Of a DNA stretch of 33,000 nt, positions 11,228 to 22,009 are shown one piece after another. Positions within the stretch are counted from its first letter, which is position 1; every line of letters begins with the position of its first letter. Origin of the DNA: Dicyema japonicum (taxonomy: Eukaryota; Animalia; Dicyemida); the NCBI GenBank assembly GCA_011109175.1, contig RDEW01000011.1:776061-809060 (forward strand). The letters run 5' to 3'. The notes under the pieces were generated by a model. That model had not been told where the DNA came from and made no database searches. It was given only the letters and a program-made list of their open reading frames with translations. Both the position numbers and the translations under genes were made by a program.

Positions 11228-12473
11228 CAGTCCGATCCCGTTTCGGGGCACACCCAGGCGGTGGGGCAACCCTGCATTTCGGGGCATTTTTCATTTAGAG
11301 TCTTTTTTCCAGCATTAATTTCCAAATTTAAAATTTTTCTTGAGCCCAAACCGGGGCACAAAGTATTTGAAATATTCCAGAAACTCAGAGAACATATTTT
11401 TCTAATATCAGGGCCAATCATTAAAAAATAGGTTTTATTGTTGCATCAAATTACAGTACAGAAGATCGAGATGGAGACTGTTCGGTCACATTCTGAGGAT
11501 GGACCTGGATGTCCCGGCAAATCACGTAATAGATGAATATTTCTTGGAAAAAACAAAATCATTCCGAGGAAGGCCTAGAACAACCTTACCTATCACGCTA
11601 AATGAGGACCTAAAAGCCATAGGTAGGGAGTTGAAAACAATGGATGACCTCGATGAACTAAGAGATCTTGCGAAACGGAGAGGCCTTTGGATGCGATTGG
11701 TGCAAAGGGTGGCCGGCGCGGCACAAGGGAACCTTAATTGACTTTTGTTTTTATGTGTTATCGGCAGTGCTGATAATAATATTAATAAATTACAATATTT
11801 CTATGTTGTATTTATGAGGGTGAAAAACTTGAACCATTGATTATTGGGAATTATAATAAACCTCGCTGTTTCAAAAAATTCGATTTTTTAATCGAATTTC
11901 GAAAGTGATATTAAAGAACGTCTTTTAAAACAAAACCTTCGTCAGGTTGTAATGCTGGTTTCAAAAAGTTGGAATGAAGTAACAGAAATTTCAATCACGG
12001 ATTGTTGGAAACAAATTGAAAAAAATCGTGATGTCTTAAATTTTGATGATCGCCTAACTGATGAAATAATGACCGAAGCTGTAAATGAATATTAACTGAT
12101 AATGAAGAAACTATTGAATGCGACTCTTTTATCTATAATGGAAATATAGCTGAAAACGAGGACGTGACAGAAAAACAAATTCTGGATACTTTGAATACTC
12201 TGGAACAGAACAATTCTTGCATAACACCAAAGTCATTTAAAAAATTCTACGAATTCCGAATGACAGTAATGAGAAACATCCGAAATGGTTACAAAATTGG
12301 AGAAAAAATAACCGATTACTTCTTTGAAGAGCGACTTGATAGATATTATTAATCAAAATAAAATCTCTTACCTATTATTACATCTATATGGTTTAAAAAT
12401 AAAGATTTTAGAATGGAAAAAACAATAACCCTTGTTTTCGGGGCACAAAGTGCCCCAAACCGGGGTTACACTG
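11228..12473 (+). mobile_element. Internally deleted pogo/Tigger-family element
   Basis: Imperfect TIRs CAGTCCGATCCCGTTTCGGGGCAC / GTGCCCCAAACCGGGGTTACACTG with TA on both sides; remnants KPRCFKK and SKSWNEVTEISITDCWK. Confidence 0.75.
11456..11786 (+). mobile_element. 5'-truncated RTE 3' end inserted in the pogo element
   Basis: RWRLFGHILRMDLDVPAN..FRGRPRTTLP..DL; TAA-rich tail; 8-bp TSD AAATTACA at 11448-11455 and 11787-11794. Confidence 0.8.
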
Positions 12474-12616
12474 TATATAGCTTTGAAAAAAATTTACAAA
12501 TTCGTTCAAATCTGCAACAATTGCATCATATTATTAAAATACAAAAAATGTATAAAAGTCGATCGCCAGGTCGATAGAAGCTACAGAGATTTATTAAGTT
12601 CCCCATAAGGGCAATA

Positions 12617-13845
12617 GTGGGTGGCATAGTTGTTAGGTGTCGGGCTAAAGTGACTAATGTTACGGGTTCGATTCTCGTTGCTGTTCACCTGGTGGAAAAT
12701 TCCACGCATCTACGATGGCAAAAAGGTTTGACGAGTAATGGCGTCATCAGTGGATACTCACTGCGGAACTGGATTATCTAGAAAAAAGCCATAAACAAGA
12801 AAAAGAAAAAAAAGTCAAGATCATTCCTTGGTCCTACGATTAGTTAACATTAACTGTTCTTTACTTAAATAAAGTTTGTGTCCTGCCTATCATTATTAAG
12901 GCACTTTCACAAAGCCATAATGATTATAGCCACGCATGTGCAACACTCAAAGAAAAAATATTTATAGTTAGTCTTTTCCATCTTCCTCTGTCGAATCCGA
13001 GTGATCTCAAATCTTCAAGGTCGTTTCCAGTCTTTAGATTTTTTCTCACACGATTTAAGTCTTTGTTTAAGGCTGTCGGAAGTGTCGATCTTGGTCGTCC
13101 GCGGAAGCGTTTTTCGCAACTGTCAAAGTAATCTTCCATCGCTTTGTTAGCGGGTGCGTTCGGGTTTATTCTTAGTACATGCCCAAATAGTCTCCACCGG
13201 GCGTCTATCACATCCTTGCTGATGTAAGAACACATACACTTGTTGTAGATACCAGTGGTTGATATTCTACGTGGCAACTCCATTCCGAGTGAGCTTCTTA
13301 GTTGCCTTCTATGGAACGAATCCAGCTTCAATAGTTCGTTGAAGGAACTTCCCATGTCCCAGCGTTATACAGAATGATCGGTTTCACAAACGCGTTATAA
13401 AGCCTGCATCTGATGTCAACTCCAAGTCCTTTGGCCCTTAGCCATCCTTTCTTCAGTTTAGCCATTGCCGCATTTGCCAGTGTTTTCCTCCTTAGTACAT
13501 CTTCAGCGTCTCCTAGTAGAGAGCCGAGCTTATTAGTACGTCTCCATCTTTCATGAGTAATATCGTCTTCTCTTTTGATTTCCGTAATTTCAGTTTTGTT
13601 AACATTTACGCTTAGAAACCAATTCTCAAGCTCCGCAGGTGCATTTTCTAGCAGGTGTTGGAGTGCGGTCACGTCACGTGATACTTCTATGTCTCCTATA
13701 TAGCATTTACGGAGGTCGCTGAGTGCAGATTCAAGGTATATGGTGAATAGTAAAGGGGAGAGGGAATCACCCTGGGGTGTCCAATCGTCCTGCCTATGCG
13801 GAACTAAAATATTATGGCTCTCGTGAAAAGGCTATTAAAAAATAA
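12617..13845 (+). mobile_element. tRNA-derived SINE, full length, interrupted by an RTE insertion
   Basis: Pol III box A-like TGGCATAGTTG and box B GGTTCGATTC (12665-12674). Body is shared with 29173-29479 and 7373-7574; the tail resumes at 13798. Confidence 0.85.
12891..13786 (-). mobile_element. 5'-truncated RTE LINE
   Basis: PQGDSLSPLLFTIYLE, LYNAFVKPIILYNAGTW, RWRLFGHVLR, FRGRPRSTLP; exact 11-bp TSD GTCCTGCCTAT at 12880-12890 and 13787-13797. Confidence 0.9.
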
Positions 13846-14618
13846 ACAGGTTATGCAAATGAATCGGGACAAAATCGACAATATGCCTAACCAGTTTGTT
13901 TGGCTTGTCTCAATCACTTCTTCATATAAATTTTGTATGTAATTTAGCATCACCAAGCGTAATATCCAAAGTCTCTCCGTTTATGCTGTGTAAAGGTCCA
14001 AAGTAGAATACTACATGCTCTGACTGTTTAGCTAGTTATTATGCAGATCCATAAAGTAGGATTTTCATTGGTTGGCTTTTTGTATTGATAAAAATTGTTT
14101 CTTAGTAAACATCCGAAAATTAATGAAGCGAACATCCATTTCGTGAGATATCGTTTCCTCGTGGCACAATGTAGCTGTCAAAAATACAAATTAATTATAG
14201 CATTACTATACATAGTTATTATAGGGGGCGATAATTTTTTTATAGGAGCGATAAGAAAAAAGGTTGAGAAACACTGTGCTAGGTGTAGGAACCCATTATT
14301 GCATCGAAACAGGTGAAATACCATGCATTTCAACAATAAACAGTAGAGGGATATTCAATAAAGATGAGGTCGATAGATCGTTTGTCCACAATGCTGAGTC
14401 AGAAGGAAACAGTATCATGTTATAACTTCCACGTCTTTTTCTGACTTAGATCTCTCGCAAACAGCAATCAAAATCCGATATTTCTCCGATTCCAAGCAGA
14501 ACAGATATCCCTTCACTACTAAGATTTTCCGAATTTGAGGCACATAATGGTGGGTCATTCATTGAATCATAACGAACGATAAAAAACCACGTCAACCAAA
14601 AAATACAATAATTAAAAA

Positions 14619-15951
14619 TTAAATAATGTCATATTTATAAAAATCAGTACAGATATCATCCTCCCCCATGACAAAGGACGCCATTCTACATTACAATCCC
14701 TCAAAATACTTGGAAGGTTCAGTCATCGAGTTTATTAATCTCCAACACTCCTCACTCGGCAGACTTCTACAGTACTCCCTAAGACTAGCCATCCCCTCCT
14801 TGTTATTCCGCACTATCTCCAGTCTATGCTCTTCTCTACTGACCAATCTCCCCCCAATCGGATTGTAGACCTCACAACACTCACTCTCTCCTTTTCCCCC
14901 ACCCAACGGGACGACCATATTGACAAAAAAAGAAAGGGCCAATCTCCAAGGGAAAATAAAGGAAGTGATACTCAAAAGTACCATCAAAACAGACCCAGCC
15001 AAACAGTTGGCACTACAAAACATCAAATATAAGCCGCAGATCTTCCATAACACCACAAACAACCTGAATACCCAATCGAAACAAATCTATGACACGTGGG
15101 GACTGGATTGGTCCTCGATAATACAAATATCCAGCACTCCCTCCTCCAATCACCATCAAATACACGACAATATATCTCCAGTACGCCCTCAATCCTCAAA
15201 TCAATCATACCTGAACAAACACACGTGACATTAGCGACGACCAGACGTAGGTACCCAAGAATGTCCCCACGGTAATCTTACCGGCAATCAATACGTACGA
15301 GTTAGGCTGAAATAACAATCCCCCTTACTATTGGCTTCAAGACAAAGTAGGACAGAAACAAAGAGACCCCAATGACTCCAGCAGTGATCCCGACCAGGTA
15401 GTGGGTGATCCAACTTCTGCTAAGAGGACCAGAGTCATACAGAAGCAGAAATCCTGCGGCCAAAAAAGCGATGTAGATGGGATGAATGTCTGCGTAACTT
15501 AGCACATGTACATTTGTATTTGTAGATCAGTGAATATGAGTCATCTCCGACCACTCCAATAAATGCCTGACTGTGGGAAGGGAGAGATAAGCGCTGGATG
15601 TTCGGAGGGGAAGGACGGGTGAGGGAAAGTAAGGAGTTGATCCAAGACTTTGACTTGGAGACTTGTTCGATGACATAACTGGGACTCATCCCGACGCTGT
15701 ATTCGCAAATTTTGTGGCAGATAATAATAATCTTGGATGTAAAAAGCATATGTACTTCGTGAGACGTCCAGACATTCCATAAACGAAACGGGGTCTCATT
15801 CTTGGTCCAAACGTCGATGTATTTATTTGAGTGGCTTGCGAAGCAAGGTTCTTGCTGACATTTGTCAATATCTAGTAATAAAAACTTCACAAATACTTAG
15901 AATATTAGACCTAATGAAATTTACACACAAGAAGGTTATTAATAACCTCAT
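14619..15951 (-). CDS. NEMP-family nuclear envelope integral membrane protein; ~7 micro-introns, one unresolved frameshift
   Basis: Spliced translation gives a signal-like N-terminus, GFLLLYDSGPLSRSWITHYLVGITAGV, YWRYIVVY..YLYYRGP and RLVSREEH..LREYCRS..CWRLINSMTEPSK, collinear with NEMP1/2 motifs. Introns are 22-25 nt; the frame breaks near 15219-15224. Confidence 0.8.
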
Positions 15952-16063
15952 TTAAATTTATCAGGCGGTGTTTATATTATTTTTAAATTATAAACATTTT
16001 AATTTAAATATTACGTTAGAAACAATATTTGTTGTTTTTTATTTTTGAGATTTTACTCTTAGT

Positions 16064-17379
16064 TTTTTTGGTGAGGTGGTGAGGTGGTGACGTGCCTCGT
16101 TTCTTCTCTGTACAACGGTTAAGAAAAATGTTTGAAAAACACTCATTATACAATCGAGGACTCAGGCTAATGACGTTCAACGTACGTGGAATATCGAAAG
16201 ATCGGACAAGGAAAGTACTTTGTGACGATCTCGAGAGATACAAAATATTTATTGGCTGCCTACAAGAGACGAAAATGGACGCGATGAGACATGGAACAAC
16301 TACCGAATGATTCTCTTCCCAACTGAATGCAAGCACTACGGCATGGGATTTGCCTTACACGTGGATTACCTCAAAAAATTACATCGCTATTGGAGAGTCA
16401 ACGACCGAATATGTGTCCTACAAGTCATACTAAATGAACTATGCCTGTCCAAGATTCTATTAACTGTCATAAATATCTATGCACCACACTGTGGACGAGA
16501 AATCAAGAACCCCGGTGAGCTTGAGGAATTCTACTCAGAACTATCATGCACATACTCTAATAATGCTTCCTCGTCCCTTGTCTTTGTTTGTGGGAGATAT
16601 GAATGCAAAAACGGGAATGCGAATGGGGCCCGAAGAATACTTTATTGGAAGACACGGGCGCGGAAGGAGAAATGCATCTGGAGCCTCTCTGGTGAACAAA
16701 TAGCCTTTTCCTGTGCAACACGGCCTTCAAGCACTCAGCTTGCTACAAGACGGCGTGGCACGGACAAAAAAAACTCTGTCGGAGAGACCGTGAATATATA
16801 TAATCAAATCGACTACATTATCTGCCGAAAGTCTGATAAACACCTGATAAATAATGCACGTTCCTACCAGGGAACAACAACTGACAGCGACCACAGGATC
16901 GTCATTGCAAAACTTTCTGTAAAAAAGCACCTGACTGGAAAAAAATACATTGAAAACGCGAAGAAGGCGAGACAAAGGACCAATATATACTTTCAGACAG
17001 AAAACGTAGAATATCAACCACTGGTATCTACAACAAGTGTATGTGTTCTTACATCAGCAAGGATGTGATAGATGCTCGGTGGAGGCTATTTGGGCATATA
17101 CTAAGAATGAACCCGGACGCACGCGCTAACAAAGCGATGGAAGATTACTTTGACAGTTGCGACAAACCCTTCCGCAAACGACCTAGATCGACAATTCCGA
17201 CTGCCTTAAACAAGATCTTGTAAGAAAAAATCTAAAGACGGGGGACGACCTGGACGAATTGAGATCACTCGCATTCGACAGAGGAAGATGGAAAAGACTA
17301 ACTACAAATATTGTTTCTTTGAGTGTTGACATGCTATAATCATTATGGCTTCGTGAAAGTGCCTTAATAATAATAATTT
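16064..17379 (+). mobile_element. RTE derivative: 5' end and APE fused to the 3' end, RT deleted
   Basis: RLMTFNVRGI, CLQETK, INIYAPH, YNQIDYII, DSDHRIV, then a jump at ~17006 to a 3' end closely similar to 12891-13260; (TAA)n tail; TSD CTCTTAGT at 16056-16063 and 17380-17387. Confidence 0.85.
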
Positions 17380-17389
17380 CTCTTAGTAA

Positions 17390-17660
17390 ATTCAAGACAA
17401 AATTTCTGTTTTACAACGCGTTTGTCCTCTCTTTGCTTCTGTACAATTCTGGAACATGGGGCGTCAGTCAGTCACACTGGAAAAAAATAAACTCCCACCA
17501 CAAAAATCAGCTACGGTCGCTGATGAAAATCAGAATTCCAAAAAAGATTTGTAATAAAGAGCTGTATGGAATATGCAATTCACAGCAGATCTAATTAACG
17601 GCCATAGGGGAGAGGTGGAAGTTATTTGGACATATCCTAAGAATGGACCAGCGATACTTT
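17390..17660 (+). mobile_element. RTE post-RT fragment
   Basis: FYNAFVLSLLLYNSGTWG ... RWKLFGHILRMD. Confidence 0.7.
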
Positions 17661-19069
17661 CTATCTGCCCTAATTGTCTTAGATAACTTTATGGTACTTT
17701 GTTGCAATTCTTTACCACGTCATTACAATTTGAATAACAAGGGCCTTGCAATCAAATATCTGCCCCATCTCATTTGCAAGCATCTTATACTTCCTTTTTT
17801 CTCAATTTCTACAGTCCGCAAACGGTCATGGGAATTAATGCCAACTTCTATGATAAAGACTTGCCAGGCATTTCAATAGGGCAAGGAGGGCCTCCGCTAT
17901 GGAGGACCGCATTGTCTTCCAAGTGCTCGGTACAGGATAATCGTCTTAACCTGGTTGGATTTCCTACATATCTCACGACGAAGAAGAAAATAGGCCGTAG
18001 GGACCAAGGAGATGAGGAACATAATGATAAAGTACCATGATCGTTATGAAAAACAGATGTACTTATAAAAAGTCTAATGTCCTACCTGAACCTGTTAAAC
18101 GGAAAATAACAGTAGGAAATCGCCTAACTACGACGGTGATTCGACCCGTGAGTAGCGGACCTGACTGTACTTCAAAAGTCCAATAACAAGGAGTCAACTC
18201 AAGAGGAAGTTGTTGCGATCTTTAGAGACGAGTTATTACGAACACAAGTTGATACAAAAAACGCATATATGGCTTATTGCTGGGCAGTACTCAACAGTAA
18301 ACGAATGATCATGACTTCTATCATTCTCAGCCGTTTTCTTGTAGAAAAATCGGAATCAAACACGTGGGTAACGTCAACAGTTGTTTCAGATGTCCATGTG
18401 ATATTCGAGGAAATCATAATTACCCAATATTCCGAAAAAATATACTAAACTAACGTCCTTTGACCATCGAAAGCCTAATTTTGAATCTCAGAATCCCGGG
18501 TTCCACTAAAATGCAAAAACCTGCAAAATGCAAAATAAACAGTCAGGTCTCTCAATGATCTTCCTAAGAAGCGTCACGCTCATGTCAATCTCTCCGGTCT
18601 AGTTAAGAACACAAAAATTTCCCATTGGGTAATAATAAACGACAGCCACGACCTGACAGGATTTCTGTGTGATCGCTACACAGAGACCACATAACCGGGA
18701 ATCGAATGCAAGCTTTTCACCAGAGAACTCAACAATCATAGAAATCGACAGTAAATTACCGCTTTGAATCGATCTTTATGAGCCTTGTCCTGGATTATCA
18801 CTTGGTAGCTAATTTAAATAAACTGAGGATTCTGCGAGGACCTTCCACCTCTTAGCAGATCTTCCAGTTTTGATTAAATTTCTCAGCAATGTTGGGAGTC
18901 AATGGCATGAATGCTAGTGGACTGAGTCAGGATACATGGATACATTTTGGACCCCAGTGGTCTCCCAGTGGAGATGTTAAATTAAATTCTTTGCCTTGCT
19001 GTATTAATGTAAACGGAGGTAACATCTTGTCATTAAGCTCTAGATTCCTCTAATTGCTAAGGTCTCCAT

Positions 19070-19287
19070 TATAACCTGCAGGCATTGAGCACACAATGGG
19101 GGTTACTCCTCATGATCGCGTGCCCAATTTCCTAGAAGAGACACCGTATCTTTCTAGGCAGTTATACAAGCCGTCCGATAAATTTTGTTGTGTGGGGCCA
19201 AACATGCCAGACGTCTCAACGGAGATCGGCTGGAATGCGGACCGATCTCCAATGCCACGGTACTTCTTCCTTTCGAACTTCAGCAGA
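19070..19287 (-). mobile_element. CRE-like RLE endonuclease fragment
   Basis: Frameshifted AEVRK..YRGIGDRSAFQPISVETSGMFGP ... EIGHAIMRSN, matching the K-KY..F-P-S-VETxG-G and AIxRGN motifs. Confidence 0.68.
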
Positions 19288-19993
19288 TTACATTTTATAG
19301 GTAAAAGATCTCAAAAATAATCCGGTTTAATATTAAATTCCAAAAAAGGAATATTAAGTAAAAGACTAGTCATACGACTCCTCGAAGGGGTTCGGGACAT
19401 TTCTATAAAGCGGCTTATTCAGTTTGAGTGATTGATGCAATTGTCTAAGTTTTCTACCGAATGAGATCGAATCCACTTTTTCGAATGGTGGTAACCCAAA
19501 ATGGGAGTTATGGAGATAATTCGAATCTTTTCCACATTAAAGATAGTTTTTGTTGAACTATGATTTATCAGCGATCGGACGGGGGTCGATATCTGGAAAT
19601 GGAATTGGTTTCTTTTCGGAAGCCAATGATAGAGTATGTCCGGCAATATCGCAGCGAACCCTCAGATACTTGAAGGCCGGGGTATGTTCTAGTACCCCCA
19701 AGAAGCGTGCCAATGTGTCTTCGGGAAATCGAAAGATCTTTTCGGTAGTCCGATCCTCTCAGAGTTCTTGTGTACCACGGTTGTAGAGTATTTATTTCCA
19801 AGCGATTTTTGGTGGTAGACTTTGTCTGATTGGTTGGGAACAATTTTTTATGTTAGATAAGTTCTGGAGTCCGTGTGCTGGATTGCATGACACAACTCTC
19901 ATAGAACGAGGAAGAAGAGGAACAGAGAAAGGAAGAGAAATTTTCAACCATGTAGCCACATGACACCACGGCAACAAAATTAATTCTAACAAA

Positions 19994-20325
19994 TATCCTA
20001 ACTCCCTTACTGATGGATTGTACGGACCCAAGCTACACCAGTATCCTAACTCCCTTACTGATGGATTGTACGGACCCAAGCTACACCAGTATCCTAACTC
20101 CCTTACTGATGGATTGTACGGACCCAAGCTACACCAGTATCCTAACTCCCTTACTGATGGATTGTACGGACCCAAGCTACACCAGTATCCTAACTCCCTT
20201 ATTGATGGATTGTACAGACCCAAGCCACATCAACATCTTAATTCCCTTTCTAAGGGATTACACGCACCCAAGCCACATCAACATTTTAGTTCCCTTTCTA
20301 AGGGATTGCACGCACCTAGCCACAC
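19994..20325. repeat. 48-bp tandem repeat (4 identical units, then ~3 progressively diverged units)
   Basis: Unit TATCCTAACTCCCTTACTGATGGATTGTACGGACCCAAGCTACACCAG starts at 19994, 20042, 20090, 20138; variants start at 20186, 20234, 20282. Confidence 0.95.
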
Positions 20326-20354
20326 TAAAGATAAGTCTCATTAACTTCTGAGCA

Positions 20355-20530
20355 GGAAATGAGGTCAGGTATTGTGTAACAACATAGAATCAAAAACACT
20401 TCTGGCCAATGGAGTTTCTAAAGGATCTTCCTTTTTATTGGCTCTATTCAAACTATTATGCATGATATGTCACAACCTACTAACAAACTGAATTTGCACC
20501 CGTATAGAAATGATATTACCGTTACTGAAG
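20355..20530 (+). mobile_element. Decayed LINE RT core fragment
   Basis: NGVSKGSSF..LF (GVPQGS-like) followed by MHDM..LHPYRNDIT (degenerate YADD region). Confidence 0.4.
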
Positions 20531-21034
20531 GGATAAAGGTCATCAAATAGCCCTTAGGTCATTCAAGAAATGGTAGAAGCCACCAACATAGTCATAGGTG
20601 CTAACTCTGAGTCTATGACTACTCGAATAACAACGAAAGTTTGTGAAACCAGCTAACCTACCAATAACCCCCTGGCTTTATTGACACTTTAAAAACAACT
20701 AGAGGTACAAGAAAATTCCGAGTCTGTTATGGAGAGTGGTTTAAGATACCCAGTTTCAAAATCCCTTTTCGGTCTGTGGTCACAATTGTGCTTTTTTGAA
20801 TCACAAAAGTGTCAATATTGAATATCACATTCCTAATTGTGAAAAATATATTTTCGATAAGTATTTTGAAATATTTTAGATAAAATTTCAATTATTTTGA
20901 AGAAATCGCATTATTTAAAATTTTGAAATTCGGACTATTCTTTCAAAGCATCAAATGACTTTCAGCACACATGTGGCAAACCTAATCGTGCTTCGGCACT
21001 GAGCCTAACTTCGTGCAGGCGCTCGACTCAAAAT

Positions 21035-21480
21035 TTAAATTAAAATAATTCCAAAGACCAAGGGTAACCAGACTACTTAACTCCTTGATCCTGACTCGTT
21101 CCAGCGTCCCAGAACTTGTCTCCAGATAATGACATTGTCTCCGGGGAAAGAATAGTGGATCCTTTTGATGCCGACCAGGCATTGGGCGTCTCCTCAGTAT
21201 GGTGGATCCAATGACGCCATCAAATGGAGGGGAAAATAATTTTTGACATACTAGCCACATACCACCACATGGCGTCACGTGGCCACGTTTAGGATCCTCA
21301 AACAGGTAATATCCACATTGCCAACTATAAGTTATGGATTTGCAGCTTGGGAACAAAACTTTCCAACATGGATGATCCAATATGACCATAACAAAATCGA
21401 ATAACAGGACTACCAATAATGGCAATTCCATTTGAATTCCTTGTAGGAATTCGGGCGCCATATTCATTGAAAATGGAAAA
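21035..21480 (-). repeat. Unclassified dispersed repeat, copy 2
   Basis: Similar to 3830-4090; ends in an AT-rich tract on the minus strand; no family motif recognised. Confidence 0.75.
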
Positions 21481-22009
21481 CCATCAGAAGAACGGTACTT
21501 TCGAAAATGTGTTGGCTCCCAAGAGCAGAACCAAAAAATAAACGAATTTTGCTGTGAGAAACCGGGATCACCGGATGGCGTTTTTCCTTTTAATTTGTGT
21601 TTACCTGGTGATTTCTTGCATAATAATAATCAAATGGTTGAATGACAAATTAAAAAATGGGATGAACTGAGATTCAAATCACCTGGAGGAAAAAAATTCA
21701 TTTCAAAATTTGAATATTCCTTTTCTATTTTGAAAGTTTATTCAATAAATTTCAGTAATGATCTTAGTTCTTTCCTCCAGTGCGTTTAGTAGTAAGGAGG
21801 AAAAAAGGTCATAGTAGGAAATAATTACTTCTCCAAAATACTAGTCTCACGATATTTCTCTATAACTCCCAATACCTACCATTTTTAACTAAAGGAGTGT
21901 CACTAATTGAGTCGTGAGAGATAAACCTATTAGAACATAGCATTAATAACAAAAGAAATGTAATCCAGTAATAAAAAATATTGAAAAACCAAAGTAACAG
22001 AAATCTATA

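Larger units (their letters stand above)
7199..12600 (+). mobile_element. Host hAT element (GTF2IRD2/SPIN-like transposase N-terminus), split into three pieces by nested insertions
   Basis: hAT-like left end CATGGGTGGCCAGCTGGTCGATCGC. Removing the insert at 7373-8259 restores GKCTCVSCNEIILLSKRGNLCRH (C2H2 finger of this family). Pieces are 7199-7372, 8260-8420 and 12477-~12600; the right end is not clearly found. Confidence 0.6.

Noticed and set aside
12617-12680. tRNA gene
   Set aside because: It has A/B boxes but no convincing acceptor stem, and it is fused to the same repeated body in other copies, so it is a SINE head.
14259-14278. Charlie-type right end AAAGGTTGAGAAACACTG
   Set aside because: No matching left end or TSD was identified, so no element could be delimited.
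17900-18040. TMC-like motif on the minus strand (FLISLVPTAYFLL...CGPP)
   Set aside because: Too short, followed by a stop, and no upstream TMC domain was found.
17812-18167. TA-flanked MITE with CAGTC/GACTG ends
   Set aside because: Only 5 bp of perfect inverted match and no second copy in the window.
19994-20325. CRISPR-like array
   Set aside because: Units are contiguous with no unique spacers, there are no cas genes, and the context is eukaryotic.
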